From a virus, in IMG/VR virus record IMGVR_UViG_3300028920_000002, positions 32,001 to 96,000 of that record: a stretch of 64,000 nt of DNA; one strand, written 5' to 3'. The notes beneath the pieces are model-generated. The model did not search any database. It was not told the DNA's origin and saw only the letters and a list, made by a program, of their open reading frames with translations. The stretch's first letter is position 1. The number at the start of each line of letters is the position of its first letter. Below are positions 53,365 through 61,010 of this stretch, piece by piece. The position numbers and the translations under genes were made by a program.

Positions 53365-53821
53365 GGCGTTCGACCAGGTCGGCCACCACCTGCAGGTGCT
53401 CGGCAAGACCGTCAACGCCAACGTCCAGGTGATGCAGCAGGGCTTCTTCGCCAACGACATCTGGATGGAGTGCCTGAAGCGAGCTCTCGACGACGTGGCG
53501 ATGGGCACGCCCCGTCTCAGAACCAGGCAGGAGGATGCCGGCGACCGGGCCATCGAAGAAGCCGAGGGTCTGGATTGGGAGAGCTACTGGAAGGATGCGC
53601 ACGACTTCGTCATGGAGAAGGCGAAGGAGCAGGAGCGCGCCCGGCTAGCTCGGCAGGAGGCGGAAGACGCAGCTGCCAAGGAACAGGATGAGGAGGTCAA
53701 CGAGGCCGAGGAGGCTGCAGACCTCATCGAATTTGGAGGCGACTATGCACGTCCAGAAGAGCAAGAAGAGGGAACCGGCGAAGCTGGTGAAGGACTCGAA
53801 CGTGGCGGTGGTGAAGACTAA
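53234..53821 (+). CDS. Hypothetical protein, basic N-terminus, acidic coiled-coil C-terminus
   Basis: 195-aa ORF with strong codon bias. Confidence 0.65.
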   Translation: MSMKGSEARRKKRVERQASKRVQKKVVKAAGPGSVPADVRQVRRAFDQVGHHLQVLGKTVNANVQVMQQGFFANDIWMECLKRALDDVAMGTPRLRTRQEDAGDRAIEEAEGLDWESYWKDAHDFVMEKAKEQERARLARQEAEDAAAKEQDEEVNEAEEAADLIEFGGDYARPEEQEEGTGEAGEGLERGGGED

Positions 53822-53954
53822 CACCGTCGGCGGCATGCGTCAGATGCGCTGCCCCAAATGCCACAACATGGCCGTTCCGCAGAGGACGTCCGGCGGGCAG
53901 CCGGTGATGCGCTGCGGCAGCTGCGGCATGATGTTCAAGTGCACGGCTATGTGA
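53745..53954 (+). CDS. Zn-ribbon microprotein
   Basis: Start at ATG 53745 with RBS GGAGG; CPKC...CGSC. Confidence 0.68.
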   Translation: MHVQKSKKREPAKLVKDSNVAVVKTNTVGGMRQMRCPKCHNMAVPQRTSGGQPVMRCGSCGMMFKCTAM

Positions 53955-54345
53955 GCCGCTTCATCACCCAGGCGGTGGATGCCAGCTCCCCAGCGATGTA
54001 GAACCCGAAGTCGATGTAGAGTTTGATGGCAGCTCGATTCTCTCTACGAACAGTGAGCATGGCTTGCGGCCTGGCGCCCAGGGCCATGTTCAGCATCTGC
54101 CTTGCCAGCCCTCGCCTGCGGAACTCTGGCACCACACCCAGACGAAGTACGTCTACCAGGTTGCCATCCATCGCCGCTAGTAGGTAGCCGATGATTCCAC
54201 GCTGCTTGTCCACAGCCACTAGACCGAAGCCGTACTCGAGCTCGCGGGCAATGGTGGCGGAGTTGAAGCAGTTCTCTCTGAAGAGTTCTATCTCGAGCGC
54301 TTCTAGCTCTTCAGCGTCGTCTTCGGTGGCGTCCCGGATTTCCAT
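53947..54345 (-). CDS. GNAT (RimI-like) N-acetyltransferase
   Basis: Start reassigned to ATG 54345 (MEIRDAT); LRLGVVPEFRRRGLARQML motif A; LTVRRENRAAIKLYIDFGF motif B. Confidence 0.88.
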   Translation of the reverse strand: MEIRDATEDDAEELEALEIELFRENCFNSATIARELEYGFGLVAVDKQRGIIGYLLAAMDGNLVDVLRLGVVPEFRRRGLARQMLNMALGARPQAMLTVRRENRAAIKLYIDFGFYIAGELASTAWVMKRLT

Positions 54346-54388
54346 GAGGTCGTAGTAGCAGAGTGGTATCGGTTGGAGGGTAGATTCC

Positions 54389-54637
54389 GTGGAAAAGCTC
54401 TGGTTCATTATCCGATTCTTCCGCAACGATGAGGAGCTCCCTGACTACGAGCCTGCTGAGGACAAGCGGCGGGTAGAGTCCTGTGTAAACGAGGACATCG
54501 CTCAGTTCAACAGCTTCTTTCAAGGACTTGGTAATGACCCACTCAGCAAGTTCGAGGTCTCTGCTATCAAGACCTACCTCGCCTGGAAACTTGGCCTCGC
54601 TCGGGAGAAGAAAGATGAGCTACCGCCCAGTAGTTGA
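54389..54637 (+). CDS. Small hypothetical protein
   Basis: GTG start; NDPLSKFEVSAIKTYLAWK helix. Confidence 0.6.
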   Translation: MEKLWFIIRFFRNDEELPDYEPAEDKRRVESCVNEDIAQFNSFFQGLGNDPLSKFEVSAIKTYLAWKLGLAREKKDELPPSS

Positions 54638-54935
54638 GTATTCGTGTGGTCGCTGCGCTCGGAAGTGGTACTCGGACCCACCGAAGGAGGAGCAGAAGGG
54701 CCCCGTCGCTCCTACGGTTGCGGTGAGCTACAGCGAGCCGGGAGAGGAGCCCATCGACATCTCGTTCGATGTACTCTGCGAGGGGTGCAAGAACACGGTG
54801 AAGAACCTGGTTCAATCCATCTCCAAGGAAATCAAGGGCAAGAGTCCGGCGCGACGGAAAGGTGGGGCTAAGAAGAAGGAAGAGCCGCGCACTCCTCCCT
54901 CTTCTTCCAAGGCGCATCCGAACCGGATGCCCTGA
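54615..54935 (+). CDS. Zn-finger protein with basic tail
   Basis: Start at ATG 54615; CGRC...CEGC. Confidence 0.65.
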   Translation: MSYRPVVEYSCGRCARKWYSDPPKEEQKGPVAPTVAVSYSEPGEEPIDISFDVLCEGCKNTVKNLVQSISKEIKGKSPARRKGGAKKKEEPRTPPSSSKAHPNRMP

Positions 54936-54936
54936 C

Positions 54937-55638
54937 TCACGCTTGAGCGCGGTCGTTGCGGTAGCGCCGCCGTCCAGCGGGCTTCTTGCGTCGGTAGGAG
55001 CTGTAGTGCCGCTTCGAGCTCGCCGGGCGGAAGACGCGCAGCCGACCGCCGGGCCACGCCACCACGAGCACCGGCACATCCGTATGCTCCGCTGGCTCAC
55101 GGTGCACTCGCAGACTTGAGCCTGGGTACATCTTCACTAGCCAGTGGCAGACGTTGCCCTCCACGCCGTGGTAACCGAAGTGGCCCGTGGACTCACTGAG
55201 GTCGGTGTTCCGCACCAACTCTACACCGGGGTTGTTGGAGAGGTCATGGTAATCACGCTCGATGCGTGGGCCCATGCGCGGGTGCTCCACCAGCTTCTCG
55301 GTGTAGGTGTTCGCTCTCAGGAACACCTTGCCACCGGGCGGGGCCGGGATGGCGATGTGCACCAGAGCGAGCGGGTCACTCTGCCGCGCTTCACGCTTCA
55401 TCGACACCAGGCGGAACGGACCTCGGTCAGCAATACGTGCATAGGGCAGATGTAAGTCCTTACCCTCGGCGTACTTCTCGAAGTCCTCTACCAGCTGACC
55501 ACCAGCCATCAGAAAGCGGTCGGCGATGTAGACACCTACGCCGGCGTCGCCATCACAGATGCGGAGGAATCTCGTATGCGGCTCCGGCTCATCCTCGCGG
55601 AGAGTCGGGTAGTCTTCCGTCACCAAGTAGCACTTCAT
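54937..55638 (-). CDS. Hypothetical protein
   Basis: Start reassigned to ATG 55638 with RBS GAGGAG. Confidence 0.68.
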   Translation of the reverse strand: MKCYLVTEDYPTLREDEPEPHTRFLRICDGDAGVGVYIADRFLMAGGQLVEDFEKYAEGKDLHLPYARIADRGPFRLVSMKREARQSDPLALVHIAIPAPPGGKVFLRANTYTEKLVEHPRMGPRIERDYHDLSNNPGVELVRNTDLSESTGHFGYHGVEGNVCHWLVKMYPGSSLRVHREPAEHTDVPVLVVAWPGGRLRVFRPASSKRHYSSYRRKKPAGRRRYRNDRAQA

Positions 55639-55708
55639 GGTGTCTCCTCTCGTTCTGGGAACGTGGTTCCCACCAGGATTCTTATCCCGTATTCGAGAGG
55701 AGTTTTGG

Positions 55709-55969
55709 TTATGCTGCCGCGGGACGAAGTGCTCCCTCAACTGCATTGACCGCGAAGGACAAAGCAGTCTGGACATCTTCAGTGCTCGCGTCGATGCCCT
55801 TCAGGACACCCAGAGCGACCTCAGCCCCTGCCGGGCTCGAGACCTCAAGCCCACGCAGTTGCTGGGCCTCCTTGGTGTGCCCTGAACGCGCGAGCACGTC
55901 ACGGCACAGCTCAACGCTGATGGTGGCGTTCTCGTAGTTCACTGGGTTCACCTGAGGGATGAGGTACAT
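55709..55969 (-). CDS. Small hypothetical protein
   Basis: 86 aa helical ORF downstream of the AT-rich island. Confidence 0.6.
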   Translation of the reverse strand: MYLIPQVNPVNYENATISVELCRDVLARSGHTKEAQQLRGLEVSSPAGAEVALGVLKGIDASTEDVQTALSFAVNAVEGALRPAAA

Positions 55970-56100
55970 CTCTATTTACAATTTGGTTCTTCTTCCGTGT
56001 ACTTGCAAGAGAAAATCGTCATTGTACTTCAACGGTCAAGTGAACAATCGATGAAGTAATTGGGGCTAGAAGAAGAAAACTCTAGTGTTCACAAGACCTT
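55970..56100. promoter_or_regulatory. AT-rich intergenic island (promoter region or origin unwinding element)
   Basis: Visibly the most AT-rich stretch in the window; TGTACTT direct repeat (55998, 56023), TACAAT on minus strand, GTGAACA/TGTTCAC inverted pair. Confidence 0.5.
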
Positions 56101-56141
56101 GCGCGGGGCGCCCCACGTTGGGACGCCCCGGCACAGTCCGG

Positions 56142-56555
56142 TCACGGCAGCGGGAACGGCAGCACCTTCTTGGCGATGAAGATGAGCGCCACGCCGGCGA
56201 TGGTCATCGCGCCAGCGTTGCACAGCACATCGACGGACCGATGGCCCGCGGCGCGCAGCGCGACTCTCGTCCTGCTCTCGGTCTCGGTGACCGGAGCGGG
56301 GGTGGGTGCAGGCGCGCTCTGAATCGGGGCGCCGTTGCCGGGCTGGGGATTGGTCTGGGTTGCGTCGCTCATGATTCTCTCCTCTGCAGAGTGTGGGCTC
56401 TTTGCCCTTCCACTCTTCTTATCCCGCTTCCTGCGCGGTTTTTGCTCTGGCTGGGGAAGCGCGTAGCCAGCATCTGACAGGGTGTACGTGAGCGGGCGCT
56501 TCTCGGGGTTCCGCTCGTACGTCTTCTTCGACTCTCGTTCTTGAATCTCCGGCAC
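56142..56555 (-). CDS. C-terminally membrane-anchored small protein with two in-frame starts (GTG 56555, ATG 56372)
   Basis: Both starts have RBS (AAGGAG; GAGGAG); TM AGAMTIAGVALIFIA near the C-terminus. Confidence 0.55.
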   Translation of the reverse strand: MPEIQERESKKTYERNPEKRPLTYTLSDAGYALPQPEQKPRRKRDKKSGRAKSPHSAEERIMSDATQTNPQPGNGAPIQSAPAPTPAPVTETESRTRVALRAAGHRSVDVLCNAGAMTIAGVALIFIAKKVLPFPLP

Positions 56556-56760
56556 CGGGTCTCCTTTCCGCGTCCACTTTTGTTATCCCTTCAACCGGAC
56601 GAAGTTTGCGGGAGGGGCGAGCCACAAGAGGGACCGGCAAGCCACACAGTGGCGAACGAGCACTCTGCTCCGCCGGCAGGACCAGCGGTGGAAAGGAGGT
56701 GTGACTCACCCCTCCAGAACTGTTATCCCCACTTCCCTGCTAGCTTTGCGGGGTGGGTCC

Positions 56761-56783
56761 CGTGGTAGAGTTGAGTGGTCATG
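56761..56783 (+). promoter_or_regulatory. Extended -10 promoter for tape measure operon, probably leaderless
   Basis: CGTGgTAGAGT at 56761-56771, 9 nt before ATG 56781; no Shine-Dalgarno. Confidence 0.4.
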
Positions 56784-59700
56784 GTGATGACATCCACCGA
56801 GATTGCTGCGCTCAACGCGGGCTTCCAGCAGCAGACTATGGCCGGCATGCAGCACGCTGGGATGATTAGTCAGTACGCTGCGACGAGAGACCCATCTCAA
56901 GGGGCGGACCAACTGGCGGGCAACATAGTCAACCGAACTGCAGCCATCGGAGCTCCGATGGCTGGACTCGGTATGATGCTGGCCGGGGTAGACCCCATTA
57001 GCATGGGCATCAAAGGCGGCATGGGCGCTGCCGCCATGGGTGCTAGTGGATTCGGAATTGGTGCTGCTGCGCTGGGTGGTGCTGCCGCGGTAGGTGTTCC
57101 GATGATGGCCGCCCAATATGCCGGTGGTCAGATGATGACCGGTATGCAGCAGCAGCAGATGCTGCAAAGCACCATGCGTCAGTACTACCGAGAGCCGAAT
57201 ATGTACGGCCAACTCGGTCCTACTCGAGGTCAGGTGGGGGACATGGGCGCAAGCATGCGCATGATGTCTCAGCAGCGTGGCCCTGGTGGTGAATTCACCA
57301 GTATGGAAGAGCTAGGTCGCCTGGCTGCCAACATGGGTCGGATGGGACTCGACCAGGGCGTGCGCAACGCCAAGGACTTCAACGAGCAGTTCCAGAAGAT
57401 GCTCAAGGCGGTGAAGCAAGTAGCCACCGACCTTGGTACTTCGCTGGAGCAGGCGCAGCAGACCATGGCGTCCATGCGCGCTGCCGGCGTACTTGAGCGT
57501 GGTGGCCAAGTACGCATGGCCGCACAGATGCGGCAGGGGGCCTTGGCGGGAGGCATCGCTACCTCAGAGATTGCGGGCATGGCGATGGTCGGCTCGCAAA
57601 TCTCGAGGATGATTGGTGGGAGGGGAGCCGCTGGTGCAGAAGCGGGCGCCTCTTTGATGACCGACATCGGCGCCGCCCAGCGGGTAGGAGCGTTGAGCGA
57701 AGAGCAAATCTACAACGCTACCGGCCTCACCGGCGCCGAAGGGCGAAGGGCCCTGGCTACCGGGATGATGCAGAATACTGCTCGCTTCCTCAAAGGAGGA
57801 CTGGGCCGGCGCTTCTTGGCATCGGTAGCCGGAGAGAACGGTCAGGTCAACCAAGAGGACATTGATGAGTATCTGGCTGGCGGCGTTGGTACTGGACGCA
57901 CGATGCAGATGGCCGCCCGCAACCTCGGTCGTGTGGGCAGGGCGGGTTTCATCCGAAATGAAGGCAGGTATCGTGGAGAGGCCATGCGCGCCCTGCGTGG
58001 CCAGGGCTCAGCCCTGGTTCTTCGTAGCTGGATGAATCAGCGCGGCATGAACGTCGATGACATGGACGACCGCTCCATGATTTGGATGAAGCGGCGTACT
58101 GGCATGGACTACGAGCAGCTAGAGGCAGCGATGAGTCTGCTGCGCAACCAGACACGCATCTCCATGCGCCGAGAGATGTCTGCGGAGCAAGACCAGAACG
58201 TCCAACGGTTGAATCGTCAGCGCCAGCAGCGCGGTGTTCAGGGAGTCAAGAGGCAGGTAGAAGATTTTCGGGCCAAGGTACAGGGCACGCTTCAACAGAT
58301 GGGCGCTGACTTGTATGAGGGCGCGTCAGAGCTGACTGAGGCGTTCATCAACAAGTTGACCGACAACTACGTCACTTCGATGAACCGCGACGTGACGGAG
58401 ATAGCCAGGGAGCTGCGAGTTGGTGGGGCGGCAGCTCGCCAAGGAGCTCTTGGAGAATTGGGTGTTGGACCTCAAGGTGGCATCCTTGGCTTTAAGCGCG
58501 GGGCTACGCTTGGAGTGGGTACGACTGGTCAGATGGGCATGCGTCAGTTGTACGGTGAAGGACTCACGGGTGGTTACGCAGGGGTGCAAGCTCGCAACCA
58601 ACGGGTCTTCTCTGACGTTGACCGTGCTGGGTTTGCTGGGTCGGATATCGATACCGGCAGCATGGCGAGCGTTCGTAAGGGCTTGCTCGAGTACAACCAG
58701 GTCCAAGACTCCTTCTTCACTGAGCGACACCAGAGTGCACGAGACCTCGGCAAGAAGTACGAGCTGGAGTTCAAGGCGGCTATCGGGTCCCGGGAGATTC
58801 GTGGGCAGCGCATGAATCGTGTGCGCTCATTTCAGTGGTGGCTCTCGGAAAAAGCCAAGACGGACAAGGATGCTGCTGCGCTCTATTCGCAGATACAGGG
58901 TGGTGGAATTGAGGGTAAGAAGAGGGCGGCTGCTATCTATGGAGAGCTTGCTCGTGGTGCCAACGCAGGCGCTGAAGCGCAATTCATGGGCACTCCCACC
59001 CTTGAGGGCATCTATGGTGGAGGAGCATTCCTCACCACGGGACAACGTGAACGGGCGGTCGGTGGCGCGTTTCTTCAGGGACGCCAACTTCGGGAAACCG
59101 TAGTCGAGGCCGAGACCCGAGGGCGCGTAGAAGACGTAGCTGGCGCCTTGGGGGGCGCGGCCGGTACGGTGGCGGAGATTGCCGGTTTCGGCCTGGTCAG
59201 TGCTAGGGAGGGTAAGGAGTTTGGTCAGCGTGTTGCTGATTGGCTCACACCAACAGTGGCCAAGGTCGCCGGTGTTGAGGGGGCGGTCGGTATTACTGGT
59301 CGTGACCGTGCGGCTGTAGGCCGCTTCATGGAGGGTGAGCGCGGTCAGGAGATGATGCGCGCCATGCTGAGCGAGGACCACGCTGTTCGTCGAGCAGCTA
59401 TGGGCCAAGCTGCCACGCGTTTCATGGAGCTGGGTCAACGGATGGAGAAGGCCGGTCTAGGAGGGCTCACACAAGAGGAGCGTACTCAGTACCTGGCTAC
59501 TCAAGGAATGCTGGCGGGCTCGCAGTATGCTGAGATGTTGTCAGAGTATGGCGTGACTTCCCTGGACCAACTATCCGAAGCGGACCGTGAAATCGCTGAG
59601 GGTAGGTTGAAAGAGATTGCCACACGTTGGGGTATGGGAGACCCCAAAGCTGTGGTCAATGCACACGCCACAATGGGCGCAAGTCTCACCAGAGCACAGT

Positions 59701-60587
59701 ACGAGAAGCGTAAGGCGTATTTTGGTCAGGAAGGTAGGCGAGCTAGGGGCTTGATGACGGTGCTCAAGACTAGCGGAGTGGTGAACGAGTATGGCGTACC
59801 CCAAGGAGAGCTGTCCGAGAAGTTGAAGGGCGTCAAGGGTCAGCGCGGAGCTGAGCTGGCAGGCAGGTTCCTGAAGGGGATGTTTGGGGCTACAGCGGCT
59901 AGGGGTCAGATGACTGGACTCTCTCCGCAACAGGACCTACAAGCGCTGATGACTGCTGAGCAGGACACTGGTTCGGCGATGCAGGCTCTGCAGCAGATGA
60001 CGGTTGCTCAGCAGCGGCAGATGGCGGAGCAGCTGAAAGGCGTGCCTGGAGCACAGGATGTACGCAAGCAGGTACTTAGGCAGACTGCGGCTACTCAACG
60101 CATCGAGAAGGCCAGAGGAGGTCGTTGGGGGCAGGTGAAGGCCATGTTGGGTGTGGCCGGAGTATCTGCACAAGATTTGAAGGAGGCTGGACTTACCAAA
60201 GAGAAGTGGTCGAAGATGAACGCGGAGGAGGAAGTCCGCGCTCTGGCCGCTGCGGCGGGAATCGACCCGACAGATGAAAAGGCCATGGGCTCACTCCGCG
60301 AAGGAGTCATGTCACTCCGTCAGGGCGGACAGGCAGGGCGCGGTGCTGCAGCTACCGCTGGTCTCGACTTGGCGGCGATGGGGGCCTCGAAGGAGGCGCA
60401 AGAAAAGAGGGATGCGCAAAACCGAGCGGCACAGCAGAATGACCCCAGCTACCGTGCGTTGGTCGACATCAAGGGTGCCATCGAGAACCTGCCCGGCAAT
60501 ATTGCTGCAGCGATGCCAGTGCAGGGCGAAGGCGCCGAGCCGTCGAATCCCCCGGGTGCCCACGGTACTAGGACGACTGGGCCATGA
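56775..60587 (+). CDS. Tail tape measure protein (about 1270 aa)
   Basis: Long Ala/Gly/Gln/Met-rich helical protein with N-terminal hydrophobic block, directly before baseplate genes; start may be ATG 56781. Confidence 0.8.
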   Translation: MVMVMTSTEIAALNAGFQQQTMAGMQHAGMISQYAATRDPSQGADQLAGNIVNRTAAIGAPMAGLGMMLAGVDPISMGIKGGMGAAAMGASGFGIGAAALGGAAAVGVPMMAAQYAGGQMMTGMQQQQMLQSTMRQYYREPNMYGQLGPTRGQVGDMGASMRMMSQQRGPGGEFTSMEELGRLAANMGRMGLDQGVRNAKDFNEQFQKMLKAVKQVATDLGTSLEQAQQTMASMRAAGVLERGGQVRMAAQMRQGALAGGIATSEIAGMAMVGSQISRMIGGRGAAGAEAGASLMTDIGAAQRVGALSEEQIYNATGLTGAEGRRALATGMMQNTARFLKGGLGRRFLASVAGENGQVNQEDIDEYLAGGVGTGRTMQMAARNLGRVGRAGFIRNEGRYRGEAMRALRGQGSALVLRSWMNQRGMNVDDMDDRSMIWMKRRTGMDYEQLEAAMSLLRNQTRISMRREMSAEQDQNVQRLNRQRQQRGVQGVKRQVEDFRAKVQGTLQQMGADLYEGASELTEAFINKLTDNYVTSMNRDVTEIARELRVGGAAARQGALGELGVGPQGGILGFKRGATLGVGTTGQMGMRQLYGEGLTGGYAGVQARNQRVFSDVDRAGFAGSDIDTGSMASVRKGLLEYNQVQDSFFTERHQSARDLGKKYELEFKAAIGSREIRGQRMNRVRSFQWWLSEKAKTDKDAAALYSQIQGGGIEGKKRAAAIYGELARGANAGAEAQFMGTPTLEGIYGGGAFLTTGQRERAVGGAFLQGRQLRETVVEAETRGRVEDVAGALGGAAGTVAEIAGFGLVSAREGKEFGQRVADWLTPTVAKVAGVEGAVGITGRDRAAVGRFMEGERGQEMMRAMLSEDHAVRRAAMGQAATRFMELGQRMEKAGLGGLTQEERTQYLATQGMLAGSQYAEMLSEYGVTSLDQLSEADREIAEGRLKEIATRWGMGDPKAVVNAHATMGASLTRAQYEKRKAYFGQEGRRARGLMTVLKTSGVVNEYGVPQGELSEKLKGVKGQRGAELAGRFLKGMFGATAARGQMTGLSPQQDLQALMTAEQDTGSAMQALQQMTVAQQRQMAEQLKGVPGAQDVRKQVLRQTAATQRIEKARGGRWGQVKAMLGVAGVSAQDLKEAGLTKEKWSKMNAEEEVRALAAAAGIDPTDEKAMGSLREGVMSLRQGGQAGRGAAATAGLDLAAMGASKEAQEKRDAQNRAAQQNDPSYRALVDIKGAIENLPGNIAAAMPVQGEGAEPSNPPGAHGTRTTGP

Positions 60588-60853
60588 AGTCACTCATCTA
60601 TCAGGGCGTGACGCCTCTCGTTGAACCTTCTGGTTGTGGGGCCATTCCCTGCCGAACCGAGGTTCCCATTCGCATCAAGCGTGGGAGTCGAGTGTACAAT
60701 TTCATACTCCGGGACAAGGTGATTCCAGAGGACCCTTACCTCATCCTGGTGAAAGCCATCGCCTTCTCCATTCAGCAGCGTGAACCGTACGTGGGTAGGC
60801 CCCCGGACCGAGGTGTGCGAGACTTCCTCATCAAGAACACGGTGATTATCTGA
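60584..60853 (+). CDS. Small hypothetical protein
   Basis: ATGA coupling, 89 aa. Confidence 0.6.
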   Translation: MKSLIYQGVTPLVEPSGCGAIPCRTEVPIRIKRGSRVYNFILRDKVIPEDPYLILVKAIAFSIQQREPYVGRPPDRGVRDFLIKNTVII

Positions 60854-61008
60854 TGGACCGGTTCTGGGACAAGGTTTCGCTTCTACGTAAGCACTTCAAG
60901 CAGGGTCGCCGAAAGGCCGATTTGGCACGTGAGTATGGCCTCAGCCGTACTACTGTAGGCCGTATCGTGAGCGGAAAGCTCTGGCCTCACGTGGAAGGTA
61001 GGGTGTAG
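60853..61008 (+). CDS. HNH homing-endonuclease remnant lacking the nuclease core (51-aa HTH; not in the ORF track)
   Basis: MDRFWDKV joined almost directly to ADLAREYGLSRTTVGRIVSGKLWPHV. Confidence 0.62.
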   Translation: MDRFWDKVSLLRKHFKQGRRKADLAREYGLSRTTVGRIVSGKLWPHVEGRV

Positions 61009-61010
61009 CC

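Larger units (their letters stand above)
55679..56731 (-). repeat. Four co-oriented GGGATAA(C/G)A boxes (TTATCCC on +) flanking an AT-rich island
   Basis: Copies at 55679-88, 56416-25, 56580-89, 56720-29; related copies at 31454-60 and 33328-36. Confidence 0.65.

Noticed and set aside
55679-56731. CRISPR-like mini-array from the ~150-bp periodic boxes
   Set aside because: The shared element is only about 9-10 bp, spacing is irregular and too long, and no cas genes are present
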